Source: the human T2T-CHM13v2.0 reference genome, Homo sapiens. From it: 64,000 nt of DNA. Below the pieces are notes generated by a model. It was not told the origin of the DNA, did not search any database, and was given only the letters and a program-made list of their open reading frames with translations. The stretch is taken from NCBI RefSeq assembly GCF_009914755.1, contig NC_060929.1. The stretch is one strand, 5' to 3'. Within the stretch, counting starts at the first letter, position 1, and each line of letters begins with the position of its first letter. This document shows positions 1-24,789 of this stretch, in pieces. The position numbers were made by a program, and so were the translations under genes.

Positions 1-84
1 CTTCACCACGGCACAAGTGTGGGTCTGGATGCCACAAACGCACTGCCCTGTGGTCACACCCCATAGCTTTGCAGACCCTGTGGC

Positions 85-455
85 TGTTTTCCTCAGCTGG
101 GCGGCCATAACAAAGCCCCACAGACAGAGGGTTAAAGAACAGAGATTTGTCTTCCCACTGCTCTGGAGGCTGGGCGTCTGAGATCAGGGTGCCATCGTGG
201 TGGGTTCTGGGGCGGGCCTCTCCCTGGCTTGCAGACCATCCTCTTCTCCTTGCGTCCTCATGTGGCCTTTTCTTGGTGTGTGCAGGAGGAGGGAGAGTCC
301 TCTTGTCCTCTGCTCATGAGGCCACCAGGCCTATCGGATTCGGGCTCCACCCTCGCGACCTCATCTAACCTCATCCCCTGTTACAGCTCCGTCCACTCTT
401 ACAGCACTGACATTGCCAGTAGGGCTTCCGCGTAAGAATTTGGGGACATAACTCC
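85..455 (-). mobile_element. MaLR LTR (MLT1-type), degraded
   Basis: gccataacaaa...ctctggaggctggg..gtctgagatcagggtgcc...atctaacc resembles the reverse complement of MLT1 as I recall it; boundaries approximate. Confidence 0.65.
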
Positions 456-519
456 CTCCATAGCCCTCTGACTGGGCCTGAGGCATCCAGGGGAAAGAGC
501 AAAGGGCACCCAGTGGGAC

Positions 520-647
520 TATAGGGGGGTGGTTCAGTGCACACTCAGGGCTACAGAGCCCAGGTCTAAATCTTGGCCCGGTCACTTTTTATCAAGGTGA
601 CCTTGAGCAAGTCTCTGTACCTTTATTTAGCCTCAGTGTCCGTATCT
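520..647. mobile_element. MIR SINE fragment
   Basis: gtgaccttgagcaagt...gcctcagtgtccgtatct resembles the MIR core. Confidence 0.6.
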
Positions 648-1483
<836 letters not shown>

Positions 1484-2065
1484 GAGAGGGAGTATTTTCA
1501 AAAGGAAAATCATAAAGTAATTTGATCAAATCTGAATCTTAGCCTAAGTAAAAGGCCCAAACAGCTTTCCAAAGGAATTGAACGCATCATATTGGGGTTT
1601 AGAATTCATCATTTTCATGATACCAGTCCATGTGGTTTTTATTGCTTGGCATTGGCATTGGCTTGAAGTTCAACGTGAACACCAACTCTTGGGCTCACAG
1701 TTTTGATAATGGAGGAACTGCCTCCGTTTTGAAACAGAAATGTTTAAGTGCACAATGCACCAGACACTGGTTTATAAAGGCTGTGTTTTATTTAAGCTGC
1801 CTTTCCACAGGGCAATGAGGGATTTCAAACATGAAATATATTTGAGAAACTTCATTTTAAGGAACCCATTAGTTAGGGGATATTGTTTTGTTTTTAAACA
1901 GGAAGATCTTTAACCAGAACACAAATTTTCTTCAAAATTAGAGAAATCAAAGTACTATACAACAAGGCCATAGAATATATCTCCGAGAAGTCATCCCAGA
2001 TCTACAGTGAACATCTACTCAGAACATGGCTCAGAAAACTTTTTCTTTTTGACTTTTTCGGGGCT

Positions 2066-2221
2066 TTTTTTTTTTTGACAGGGTTTCGCTCTGTCACCCA
2101 GACTGGAGTACAGTGGCCCAATCATGGCTCACTGCAGCTTCCACCTCCTAGGCTCAAGCAATCCTTCCACCTCAGCCTCCCAAAGTGCTGAGATTGCAGG
2201 CACAAGCCACCATGCCTAGCC
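2066..2221 (-). mobile_element. Alu monomer-length element
   Basis: poly-T followed by Alu sequence; agaaaactttttc occurs on both sides. Confidence 0.8.
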
Positions 2222-2246
2222 AAGAAAACTTTTTCCTAAAGGGACA

Positions 2247-2678
2247 TGTGTAGGCTGAATAATACCCTTGCTTCTGTCGAAGTTCTAATTCCCAGAACCT
2301 GTGAGTGCTGCCTTATATAGCAAAGGGGACTTTATAGACGTGATCAGATTAAGGTTGTGAGATCCTGAATTGTCACGTGGGCCCCATGTAATCGTAGGGC
2401 CCTCAGGAATAAGAGAAGGTGCCATGAAGATGGCAGCAGGGAGTGATGCAACAATGCTAAATGTAGCCTTTGAAGATGCAGAAAGGGCCAAGGAATGCCC
2501 CTCTGACACCTGGGAAAGGCAAGGAAGTGGATCTCCCCGAGAGCACCTGGATGGGGGCAGTCCTGCTGACACCCTGATTTCCATCCCCTGAAACTGGTTT
2601 CAGACTGTGAGAGAATCAATTTGCGTTGTTGTCATGAACTGAGTTTGTGGTAACTTGTTACAGCACCAATAGAAAACC
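2247..2678 (+). mobile_element. MaLR LTR (MLT1C/D-like)
   Basis: tgtgtaggctgaataat...cccagaacctgtga...tttgtggtaacttgttacagcaccaatagaaaac matches MLT1 ends. Confidence 0.75.
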
Positions 2679-2764
2679 AGTGAGTAAACATGTTTGGCTT
2701 TGCCCCTCTGTCATAACTTTTGACCTCTGCCCCTGTGGCACAGACACCATCACAGGCAATAGCT

Positions 2765-2931
2765 AGAGTCAGCCTCGCGGGCTCGGCCAGGGATGGAAGC
2801 CACTCGGCAGCTGTGTGACCAGAGTCAGCCTCGCGGGCTCGGCCAGGGATGGAAGCCACTCGGCAGCTGTGTGACCAGAGTCAGCCTCGCGGGCTCGGCC
2901 AGGGATGGAAGCCACTTGGCAGTTGTGTGAC
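2765..2931. repeat. 56-bp minisatellite, 3 copies
   Basis: Unit agagtcagcctcgcgggctcggccagggatggaagccactcggcagctgtgtgacc starts at 2765, 2821 and 2877; the first two copies are identical and the third has two internal C>T changes. Confidence 0.95.
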
Positions 2932-3031
2932 TGGGATTCTCATGATCAGCATTGGCTTAGCTCAGGATCCCCAACGACCGCGACCACTAAGCCTGAGACA
3001 GGGCTCTGGAGGGCCAGCTGGAGGCCACAGC

Positions 3032-3032
<1 letters not shown>

Positions 3033-3076
<44 letters not shown>
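3033..3076. repeat. (AC)n microsatellite
   Basis: About 22 uninterrupted AC units. Confidence 0.97.
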
Positions 3077-3078
<2 letters not shown>

Positions 3079-3109
3079 CAAGAGAAAAAGCCTGGGAATG
3101 ATGACACTA

Positions 3110-4660
3110 CAGAGTTGTGGATAAAAGACAGTCTTTTCAATCAATGAAGTGGGAAAATTAGGTGCCCCTATGAAAATAAAAGGAACTATACCCCTACCTC
3201 ATTCCACACACCAAAATCAATTCAGATGCATTATTTACCTAAATGGGAAATGCAAACTGTATTAGTCTGTTCTCACACTGCTATAAAGAACTACCTGAGA
3301 TTAGGTAATTTATGAAGAAAAAAGTTTTAATTGACTCACAATTCCACATGCTCTACAGGAAACACGGTTGAGGAGACCTCAGGAAACTTAAAATCATGGC
3401 AGAAGGGGAAGGAGAAGCACGCGTGTCTTCACATGGCCAGAGCAAGAGGAGTAGAGAGAAGGGGGAAGTGCTACACATTTTTAAACAACCAGACCTTGTG
3501 AGAGCTCGCTCGCTATCATGAGAACAGCAACGGGCAAGTCTGCCCCCATGATCCAGTCACCTCCCACCCGGCCCCACCTCCAATACTCGGGATCACATTT
3601 CAACATGAGATTTGCATGGGGAACAGAGGCAAACCATATCACAAACCAATAAATAGGTCAAAGATTGTAGGTGAGAGTATTTCATGACCTTAGGGAAAGA
3701 TATCTTAAACTGAACACACAAAAAAACTAATCATAAAAGAAAGGAACTATACATTTGACAACCTTAAAATTAAGAACTCTCTTACAGACAGCATAAGGAT
3801 AAGGATGAAATGTTGATAATGATCAAAGCTAGATGATAGGTTTATAAGAGTTCATAACACTATTTTTCTAGAAAACAAAACAAGAGGAAAAGACTCCATA
3901 AAGAGAGGGAAAAGGCAAGCCACCAAGTGGGAGAAGATATTTATAACTCATATAACCAACAAAGCACTAGGCTACAGCATGCAGACTGAACTTCTATGAA
4001 TCAATCATAAAAACAAAAATTACACATTAGAAAAATGGGCAAAAGATTTGAGCAGTCAGTTCACAAAAAAGGGTATCAAAATATCTATAACAATATGAAA
4101 AAATTTAGCCTTGTTAAAATTAGGGAAATGTAGATTTAAACCACAATGAACTATCCAGCAGAAAGGCTAAAATTGAAGAGATTCAAAATTCCCTGTGTTA
4201 AGGGTGATGAAACATAGGAATCCTCATGCACTGCCAGTGGGAGGGTAAATTGGTGCAATTTGCAAGAACACAGTCTTGAATTATTTACTAAAGTCGAAGA
4301 TACACATGCCCTAGGTCTCAGCAATTATATTTGTAGGTATATTCCCTAGAGAAATGAATGCACAGATATATGCATATGAACATTCAAGGTACTGTTATTT
4401 ATTAGAGAAAAAAATGGAACAAATGAAAGGTACATTGTAAAATGAATAAATAACTTGTGGTATTCCATGCACTGAAATGGAATATTATATAGAAAAAGGA
4501 GTGAGCCAAAATGACAAGTAATAGCACAGATTAATCGTCCATATAATTGAACACGCATACTGTAATTCCATTTTTCACAATATCCATAAACAGGCAAAGT
4601 AAATCACAGTATGTAGAGATGCACACTTCCGTAGTAAAAGCACAAAGAAATGCAAAGAAG
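3110..4660 (+). mobile_element. Old L1 (L1M-type) ORF2 3' end/3' UTR remnant, interrupted by a THE1/MST LTR
   Basis: L1-like phrases such as gaaaatgggcaaaagatttga, ccacaatga and gtaaattggtgcaa. Confidence 0.7.
3258..3641 (-). mobile_element. THE1/MST (MaLR) solo LTR
   Basis: TGTATTAGTC...CCATATCA termini with 5-bp TSD CAAAC on both sides. Confidence 0.9.
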
Positions 4661-4679
4661 GATCATGACTGGGAGGTGA

Positions 4680-5040
<361 letters not shown>

Positions 5041-5419
5041 ATGTGGGTGTTTTATTTACACTCTTCTATTACACTGAACATTCATGGTCTTGCATTTTTT
5101 TTTAAATTTATGTGTTACTTTTCACAATTTAAATATTTTAAAACATAAAAAAGTATGACAATTAGAAAACAAAAAGTAAGATGTGAGAACTAAGTTGAAG
5201 TATCTTCGTAACTCAAATAAATGTAATTCTGCTAAATGTTTCAGTTTAAGAGACAAAAATTTCAAGTTTTTGTGAAACAAAATCCAGTTTAATGTTGCTT
5301 ATGAGACTCCCCTAAAACATAAGGCTGCAAAGTTGCCCCTGTCAGACCCATGTGATGGTTCACTGGAAGACCCTACTTGAAAGGTGTCTTTATTTTACCT
5401 AATTCAGTGCTCCCCCAGT

Positions 5420-7728
<2,309 letters not shown>

Positions 7729-7789
<61 letters not shown>

Positions 7790-7796
7790 GAGAGAG
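7729..7796. repeat. (CA)n(GA)n compound microsatellite
   Basis: Seen directly; lies at the edge of an MLT2 LTR. Confidence 0.95.
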
Positions 7797-8700
7797 GTTT
7801 GTTTTGAGGAATTGGCTTGTGTGATTATGGAGCCTAGCCACTTTGGCAGTCTGGAGCCCCAGGAAGAGTCAGTGTTGCAGTTCAAGTCCGAAGGCCATCT
7901 GCCGGCAGAATTCCTTCTTGCTCTGGTGAGGTCTGTTTTTTGTTCTAGTCAGGCCTTCAACTGATTGGATGAGGCCCACCCACATTATGGAAGGCAATCT
8001 GCTTTACTCAAAGCCCACTGTTTTAAATGTAAATATCATCCAAAAACACTGTAACAGACACATCTGAAATAATATTTAACTAAATATCAGTATTGTGGGC
8101 TAGACAAGTTGACACATAGAATTAATCATCAGAAGTCTATGTCAACTTGACATGCATATGTATCTGCTTAAACCATATTCAATCTCCAAACCAAGACAAC
8201 TAAAGGTCATACTTCTGCCTAACAGGATAAACCCCTGCATACAACTGAAAGTGCACTAATCCTTTCCCCAGAAGATGAAAAGTCTTTAGGTGATGTTTGC
8301 TCTTCTGCTTGATGTGCCATAACTTAAATGCTATGATGTAAAGTTAACCATACTTAAATACTATGACATAAAGTCAAACACACTGTACGTTACATGATGA
8401 GGGATAAGAGAGGGAAAAAATATTTCCAAAACATATTCATAACCAAACAAGGAAAAAATACTCAAGTACAGTCCTTATTTCTATCACTGGTCATGTAGTC
8501 ATAGGTAGTACTTATTACTATCTTCTTCCACTACCCATTCCATATTCCTGTTGCCCTCAGCACACACTTCAGCTGGCTGTGGATCTTAACCTGGTGGGGC
8601 TACCCAAATTTTTACTCCTAAAAGGGCTTGGCCGTGAGTAGTCCTACCTGATTGGTTGTTGTAGTTTTCCATTCTGTAATCATAGGGCATTCACAGTGTT
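7790..8700 (-). mobile_element. ERVL: MLT2 LTR (~7790-8130) plus adjoining HERVL-like internal sequence
   Basis: gaggaattggct...tgattggatgaggcccacccacatt...caagttgacacata is MLT2-like; the sequence beyond resembles the ERVL 3' internal region. Confidence 0.7.
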
Positions 8701-9599
8701 GGGGAACCACCACCTATATAGTTTTCTATTGCTTTAGCTCTCACATTTAGGTCTTTGATCCAAGTGGAGTTAATTTTTGTATATGATGTGAGGTAGGGGT
8801 CCAACTTCATTCTTTTGCATGTGGATACCAAATTCAGTATATAGAAGGCCTTTATGGTAGGAAATACTTGGGCAGACACCGGAAGGAATGTGAAAAAAGC
8901 AATGTTGATGGCTACCAGGCAGAGGGGACAGCAAGTGGAGATCCAGGCTCAGACAAATGCCAAAAAATAATAAAGGAATGAATAAGGTGTTTCTGCTAGA
9001 CCACGGTATAGGTATTTCTGAAAATTCTTGTGTTGTACTGCAGACAAAAAATAAACAGAGGTATTGGAATAATAGGATTGTAACAGACCATTCAAAACAT
9101 AAGGAGCTTTGGAACCAGAACACTAATGAAAACCACAATCCTAATGAAAAATAACAGCAAAGTTAAAAGGGCATAATAAATTGTTAAAAACGTAAGTACA
9201 TATGTGCATATTTATACATACATACTATAGTAAACTGAGAACTTGACCTTTTAAGAAAGATGAAAGTATGTTGGAGGGAAAGGATGTGATGAAGGGTTGA
9301 TGCCACTGAGTTATGAAGACCCAACAGAAGTGTTTGTGAGAGATCAAGGGGCCACACTAAGCTGAGAGAGACTGAGTCAAAGCTACAACAGGCACAGCCC
9401 CATATTTTCAAGTTGTACTCTCTCAGCTGTGTTGTTTTGCCTGCATTCAGATCCTCTTACTTTGAGTGTAAAATATTAATATGCTGGGGGGAAAATCCCA
9501 CACAAACCAAGACACTTTCCACATATCATCAAACTAATCCACAATACAGAAACATGTGCTGCAACAAAATATATTTTTTTCACAAACAATTTCAGAATA

Positions 9600-10193
9600 G
9601 AAGAAAAGAAAACATTTGACAATGCCTTTCGTGAGGCTAATACTTAGTACAAGAAATAAAATTTACAGGTCAAACTAAGGAATCTAGATACAAAAATCCT
9701 AGTCCAATATTTGCAAACTGAAATACATACAATGTCATAACCAAGTCTGGTTTGTCCCAGAAATGCACTTTAGCAGATTAATGACTTAGGAAATCTATTA
9801 ATGTAATTCACCGCATTAACAGATTAAAGGAAAAACATGATTATCTAAATGGATGCAGAAAAAGCATTTGATAACATCTAATATTCATTCATAATTGTAA
9901 ATGTTTCATAATCTAAGGATCTTCTTTAAACTGATGAAGTTATCTACTAAAAGCCTACAGAAAATATTGCACTCCATGATGAATTATTTGAAGTATCTAC
10001 TTCCTTTAAAATCAGAGCAAGACAATAATTCCAATTATCATTCCCTCTAGGGGGCACTAGTCAGTGCAAGAAAAAAAGACATAAAACGACTGATTTGGAA
10101 AATACACAGCTTTCATCATTTGCAGGTGATATGATTGCTTACTATGTCAGGGTTCTCCAAAGACACAGAGAATAGATAAATAGATAGATAGAT

Positions 10194-10239
<46 letters not shown>

Positions 10240-12040
10240 ATAGATAGATGTAACATACAGAGTTATGTAAGTACATATTTATTATATAGACAGATATATT
10301 ATACAGATTTATTAGAAGGAATTGGCTTATGCAGTTATGAAGGATGAAAGGTTCCAAGATCTACAGTTGGCAAGTTGGAGACCCAGGAGAGCTGTAGTGT
10401 AGTTTCAGTCTGAGTCCAGATAGCTGAGAATCTGGAGAGCCCATGGTGTAAGTTTCAGTCCAGCCAGTAGCCTTGAGACCCATGCAAGGCTGATGTTTCA
10501 GTTTGAGTCCAAAACCAGAAAAAACTGATGTCCCAGCTCAAGGCAGTCAAGGCAAGAGGAGTTCCTTCTTACTCGGGAGAAGGTCAACATTTGTGTTCTG
10601 TTCAGAGCTTCAATTGATTGGCTAAGACCCACTTACACTGCATTAAACCAATCTGCTTCACTCAGTCTACTGATTCAAATGTTAGCTCATCTGGAAATGC
10701 CCTCACAGACACACTCAGAATACTGTCTGACCAAATGTCTGGGCACCCCACGGACCAGTCAAGTTGATACATAAAATTAATCATGATACCTACATAGAAA
10801 ATAATATATAAATATAAGAGCAATTCTAAAATCATTTGCCTTTTATACACCAGGCACAAAAAGTTAGAAAACGTAATCTTAAAAAAGATTACATTTATAA
10901 GAGCTACAAAAATATATAGAATAACTAGGAATTATCTAAACAAAGGTGGGCAAAAATCTTTAAGGAAACTCTTAAGACACTTTATTTAAAGACTTAAAGA
11001 AGAACTAGATAAATTAGGTGGTTAAAATGTCCATGGATAGGAAGACTCAGTCATATAAAGATTCTGCTGCTTTTCAAATTGATCTACAGATTCAATGTAG
11101 CCCCAAACTATATCCCAAAGGCGTTCACAGGGAAACATGCTGATTCTAAAATATATGTAGAAAATCAAAGGACTAAAGATAATCAGGTGCCTCTTCAAGG
11201 ATAAAACAAGATGATGTATCAAGATGTATCACAAAGCTATATTAATTTATAAGCAATAATGGTGCAGATTTAGACATATAGATGAACTGTATAGAATAGA
11301 GAGTCCTTAAAATAAGTTACACATATACATAGAAAATTTATTAATGGAAATCCATATATATGGAAAACTGACATTTCAAATTATAGGGAAAAGGACAAAT
11401 TATCAATAAAAGATTTTGAGTAATTTAGGTAACCATAATGAAAAAGAATGAAATTGGATCCCTACCTCATACCATACATAAAATTAATTCTAGATGGATA
11501 AAGACAAATCTTAGAAGAAAATTAAAAGATTTTTCAATGTATGAGAATATGTTCTTTGAACTAAGTATAGTGATTGTTAAATATGGTTAAAGAAACACTA
11601 AACATTGTAGCCCAAAAGGAAAAGAATTACTAAATTGCCTATAAAACTACAAACTTTTGTTCACCAAAATACACCATAAAGGGAATGAAAATTGTTGCCA
11701 CGAACTGCCAGAAGACATCTGCAATGCAGGTAATTGACAAATAATCAATATGCATAATAGGTATAAGACATGCATCAGTGAGAAAGACACAAACAACACA
11801 ATGGAAACATTGTCAGAACACTTCAGGGCACTTCACAAAAGAAGAAACTCAAACTGACCGTAAACAAAGGAGAAGTTCAACTTCCTTAACAATCAATAAA
11901 ATTAAAATTAAAACATCAATGAGGAGTTACCATTTAATTTTTTTGTTCCACCTGATTGAATTGTGAAGAACTCTCATAAAACATTTTTACTCTAAATTAG
12001 TTTAATCACATCATAGTTTGGCATTATATTGTCAAGTTGA
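9600..12040 (+). mobile_element. Old L1 ORF2 remnant interrupted by an MLT2 LTR (~10145-10790)
   Basis: gatgcagaaaaagcatttgataa and tttgcaggtgatatgatt (RT FADD region); MLT2 motifs gtcagggttctcc and caagttgatacataaaattaa. Confidence 0.75.
10171..10249. repeat. (GATA)n tetranucleotide STR
   Basis: Interrupted gata array inside the MLT2 LTR. Confidence 0.95.
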
Positions 12041-12046
12041 AGATGC

Positions 12047-12802
12047 TGTGAAAGGAAAATAAATCTTGGGGCCCCAAAATCACTCAGCTAAAGGCAAAAG
12101 TCAAGCTGGGAACTGTTTAGAGCAAACCTGCCTCCCATTCTGTTCAAAGTTATCCTTCTGCTCACTGAGATAAATGCATATCTGATTGCCTCCTTTGGAA
12201 AGGCTAATCAGAAACTCAAGAGAATGCAGCCCTGCATGGTGGCTCATGCCTATAATCCCAGCACATTGAGAGGCTGAGGCGGACCACTTGAGGTCAGGAG
12301 TTCGAGACCAGCCTGGCCAACATGGCAAAACTCCATCTCTACTAAAAATACAAAAATTAGCCTGGTGCGGTGGCAAGCACCCGTAATCCCAGCTACTCAG
12401 GAGGCTGAGTCAGGAGAATTGCTTGAACCTAGGAGGCAGAGGTTGCAATGAGCCGAGATCATGCCACTACACTCTAGACTGGGCAACAGAGTGAGACTCC
12501 ACCTCAGAACAAACAAACAAACAAAAAAGAAACTGAAAAGAATGGAACCCTTTGTCTCTCACCTACCTATAACCCAGAAGCCCCCTCCCTGCTTGAGTTG
12601 TCCCATCTTTCTGGATGGAACCAATGTATATCTTACATATATTGATTGATGTCTCATGTATCCCTAAAATGTATAAAACCAAGCTGCGCCCTGACCACGT
12701 CAGGCACATGTTGTCAGGACCTCCTGAGGCACACATCCTCAACCTTGACAAAATAAACTTTCTAAATTAACGGAGAACTGTCTCAGATATTTGGGGTTCA
12801 CA
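12047..12802 (+). mobile_element. MER4A-type solo LTR (ERV1) with an inserted AluS (~12229-12530)
   Basis: TGTGAAAGGAAAATAAATCTTGGGG...TTCACA termini with 4-bp TSD ATGC. Confidence 0.88.
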
Positions 12803-13268
12803 ATGCATATACCCAAAGCCCTGCAATTCCACTTCTGCAAATGCCACCCCCCCAAAAAAATTTCTCATTATATGGACACCAGGATTCAATGAGTGTTGTT
12901 TGTGGAAAAAACTCACAATGACCACTGACAGAATAATGAATAAATAAATTGTTGTATAGTTGCACAATGTATACTAAAGAACAATCAAAATTAAGAATTT
13001 CAGTGACATCTATCAAAATAGTTGAATCTTACAAACACAATGATGAGCAAAACAGCAAGCTGCAGAAAATTAGACAGATATTTTATGGATACATATTTGG
13101 AAATTTTATTTTTTAAGAATCAGTGGAATGACAAAAATCCAGGAGGATGGTTACCACTGGTGGTGGTGGAGAATGGGGACAATAATAAGCAATAATGAAA
13201 ATAATAATAAGATGATAATGCCTAATACATATTTAGTGTTTGCTATTTGCCACTGTCCGAAGTGCTTT

Positions 13269-13736
13269 TGATGCAGGATTTTTGCTCCATAGCTTAGCTA
13301 AGTCTGGGTTTTTGTCTCACAACCAGGAAGAATTAAGCATGCAGACAGTCAAAGAGTGAGTCAGGTGGGGAGTTTTACTGAGCGCTGAAACAGCTTTTAA
13401 TGGGGAGGTAACATGGGGGTGGTCCCCCTACCTGAAGGCAGGAATGTTCCCCATATGGCTGAGCCTGGGGCTTTTTATTGGCTCAGAATAGGGAGCACGT
13501 GCTGATTGGTTTGTGAGTATGCACAAAAGGTTAAAGTGAAGATACTACTCAAAGGTGGGCATGATAGTGTAGAAAACCAATTAGAAAAGGGTAGGTATAT
13601 GTAAAACAGGTGAAGGATGGGGATCAATCAGAGGAAGGCGTGCCAAATGGGAAGCAGGATTCTCAATTCAGTCCAAGGATTTACCCAGGACTGGTTACTC
13701 CGGGAACCTGCCCCTCTCTGCCTTCTGCCTCTATCA
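13269..13736 (-). mobile_element. ERV1 solo LTR (MER48/LTR27/LTR28-like; subfamily uncertain)
   Basis: TGATGCAGG...CTATCA termini with 4-bp TSD CTTT. Confidence 0.75.
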
Positions 13737-14684
13737 CTTTTATATTTTCTACCTCGGTTAATCTTCACAACAAGCCTCTAAGCAGTTACTTGTACTTTTT
13801 CTATTGGTGAAAAAGAAACTGATTTATCGTTCTCAAGCATTGCATCGAATGTTTCCTAATTAAAAAATAATAAACCACAGAGTAAACAGTGTCAATATTT
13901 AATACATGAAAGCAGAAAAAAAGCAGTATAATTGTTGTTGTTGTTTCTTAATTTGGAAATAAGGATGTAAATTCCAGAAGAAACAAATAAGCTTGAAAGA
14001 CGTACCTTCTTGCTGTGGTAGCCTCTTTGGGGAGGAGTGGTACAAGGGCCTGCTGTTTGATAATGGAACTTTCCCTTACCAATTGGTGTATATACTACGT
14101 GCATGCGTTTCTTTGATATAGATAATTCACTGAAAAATATAGCTAGAATAAAATGCCAGACAGAGCTGGTCTCTGGATGGGCAAGTTCTTTTTCTATACT
14201 TTCCTCAATTGAATAAATGACACAGAAGATATTGTTATGAATGAATTACAAAGGCATTTAAATTTCAGCATGTCATGAAAGATTGTAAGAAAAATTAAAA
14301 ACTAGTATAATATTTGTAACAAAAAGATAACAAATATCGAAAGAAAACACTAAGTCCTTGTTATAGAATAAAGGAAAAAAGGTAATATTATGGCTCTCTT
14401 ACAAATATAAAATGGACAGATGGCAAGATTTTTATCTAACTAATGAGGGAATCAGTAAGATTTTTAAAATCAGTTCAAAGGAAAACTCGAAGAACCGCAC
14501 ATATATAAGCTGAAATGAATTTACAAATAGATGCACAAAGGTTCTATTAATAGGGCAACAAGATATTTTACAGCATCTTAACAAAAAAACAATACATTTG
14601 TAGAGAAGTGGCAATTGCATTCTACCAGGCACAATCAATCTGCATTTCTATAAACAAGAGCAGTTGCATAATTAGAAGTTTTCT

Positions 14685-15627
<943 letters not shown>

Positions 15628-15743
15628 ATCATCTTTAATAAAAATTGAATTTTAGAATAGTTTCCAATTTATAGAAAAGTTACAAAAAGTGTACAGTCAC
15701 CTTATAACCCATACTCATATTATGAACATCTTACATCAATCTA

Positions 15744-17037
<1,294 letters not shown>

Positions 17038-17551
17038 AGACAATGAATGAACCAATATCGCTAAATTATTATTAACTGAAGTCTGTGCTTTATTACTCAC
17101 CTCTCTTTAGTATTTGTCTGATGTCCTTTTTCTGTTCCAGAGTCCCATCAAGGCTGCCACATTCCATTTAGTTATTGTGTCTCCTTAAGCTCCTGCTGGT
17201 TGGGACAGTTTGTCAAGAGTCTCCGTGTTTTTGATCACCTTGACAGTTTAAGGAGTCCTGGTCAGGTAGCTTGTAGAAGGACCCTCTATTGTGACTGTCT
17301 GATGTTTTTCTCATTATCAGGCTGGAGTTATGAATTTTTGGAAGAAAGACTGTGGAGGTAAAGCGTCGTTTTCATCAGCAGGACTTTAACTGCTGATGTT
17401 AACCTTAGTCACTCGACTGAGGAAGCGCTCGTCATGTTGCTACACTCTAAAATTACTCCTTTTTCTTCTTTTCACCTTGTGCTAATAAGGAGGTCATTAT
17501 GCACAGCCCACTCTAAGGAATGGAGACTTCTGTTCACCTCCTGGAGGGTAG

Positions 17552-22363
<4,812 letters not shown>

Positions 22364-22708
22364 GGGATTCTTCTTTTTTTAAATGAGTTACATTCATTAC
22401 TAATTCTAGCAGAGATACTCTATGAATTGGAATCTATGTAAATACATTCATCCTCCAAATGCCTTTGCTTCACTCACAATCCAATGCAAGATTGGAAGGT
22501 TATAGTATTCTACAGAATCTATAGTACTCTATTTAAATTCCAAATCATTTTCTGTTTGAAATCTGAGGACATTGCTCCACACCATCTTCTAGAACCCGTG
22601 TTGCTGAGAAGCCTGATGTCAGCTGCACTTTCTTTGGTTCGTCTAGAGTAGTGGACTTTCTTGGTTACCTAATATCCTCTCGCCTTCCTAATTCTCAACA
22701 GAACCTAG

Positions 22709-22959
<251 letters not shown>

Positions 22960-24290
22960 TAGAACCACCGATTCTTCTCTAGCCGGAGTCTGCCCCAGTG
23001 ATTTCTTGCTATTCCTTATTCATTTCAGCCAACTTGAGCAGTTCCATCTTCTGTGACTTGTAGCAAATAACACATGCCAACCTTTTATTCCGTCTTTTCT
23101 GGCCACTTTTAGGGGTTCCTATTTATCCTCAGAGTTGTGATATTTCATCGAGGATGTATTTTTTATGGGCCATCCCTACCCTAGCTCATTCATTATGCCA
23201 AACTCCCTACATTTTATTTACTCTGAAGACTCAGGGCTTCCTCAGCTTGAATGTGTTTTCTGCTATATCTCTATCACTATTTCTGTATGTAATCAATCTG
23301 TTATTATTCCCCCTCCCCATTTTCTCTGCTTTCTTCTGAATCTTTTTATTAGATTTTGGGTATCAGAGCACTTGTCTCCTGCATGTCTTCCAAATGTTTC
23401 CTCAATTTCTGGTGTTCTGATGGTATTTTTCTAGAGTTGCATTAGATTTGCTCCTTTGAAAATTATATGTGTTTGGGGTTACTTTGAAGAATATGAAGAG
23501 AAAAAGGGAGGTAATCATGGGTACTCAGTCTGGCACCTTTTACTTTGTAAATCTCAATGCTATGTTGTTTTGTCAATAATGGTCTATAACTGTCATATCT
23601 TTATTATTATTATTTTAAAATAATAATTAAATATAGAAATAACATATGGTCCAGAAATGGAATTGCCCATGTGTTAATTCTACATTTAATTTTTTTTTGA
23701 GGAACTGCCATACCGTTTTCCAGCGCAGCGCTACCATTTTACATTCCCACCATTAAGGCACAAGGATTGTTTTCTGGTTTTCTTTTTTTTCCAAATTTTA
23801 TAATAGCCAACCTAATGAGTGTGAAATCGCAGTGGATGTTTGATCTGCTTTGATCTGCATTCCCCTAATGATTAGTGATGTGCATTATTATCTTTTAACA
23901 ATATAAAACATCCATTTTGTTCGATTTAATTATTTTTACATTGCAATAATCTTTGTATTGTTGTAACATCGTGATCCAAGATTTCTTTTTCATATTATCT
24001 ACCTGATATCTCTTAGTCCCTCTCTGCATTTTCTATCTTCAAGTACCCTTTGTGTTTAGGTTTGTCTCTGTAAACGCTAATGTTTGATATTTTAAAAATC
24101 AACACTTTCTGAGCACATAGTATTTGGCGTGTACAGTGCCGGTCACCGAGGATGCAGTTGTGATGATAGCGCTGGGAGTTGGGCTTTATTTTACGTTTTA
24201 AAGAAGTCACTTCAAAAGAAGTGAGTGCCATGAAGAGGGAAATACTAGGCTTATGCTTTTGTTTTACTCTGAGTGCCAGTAAATATGTAA

Positions 24291-24609
<319 letters not shown>

Positions 24610-24789
24610 GAGATTATAAAATTTAGACATAATTCATTTTTAATTAAAATCGCAGAATGGACTGTAATAGTTCTGTCACCACCTGCGAATAATCAGCAGC
24701 GGCTAGTCTTCCAGATTTAAAAATTCATACTCACTTTTCCGTCTTACTATTTTTGTCATTCTAATTACGAATACAATGGGTGGTTTAGC

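Noticed and set aside
2765-2931. Possible CRISPR-like array
   Set aside because: Head-to-tail units with no unique spacers, in eukaryotic DNA with no cas genes.
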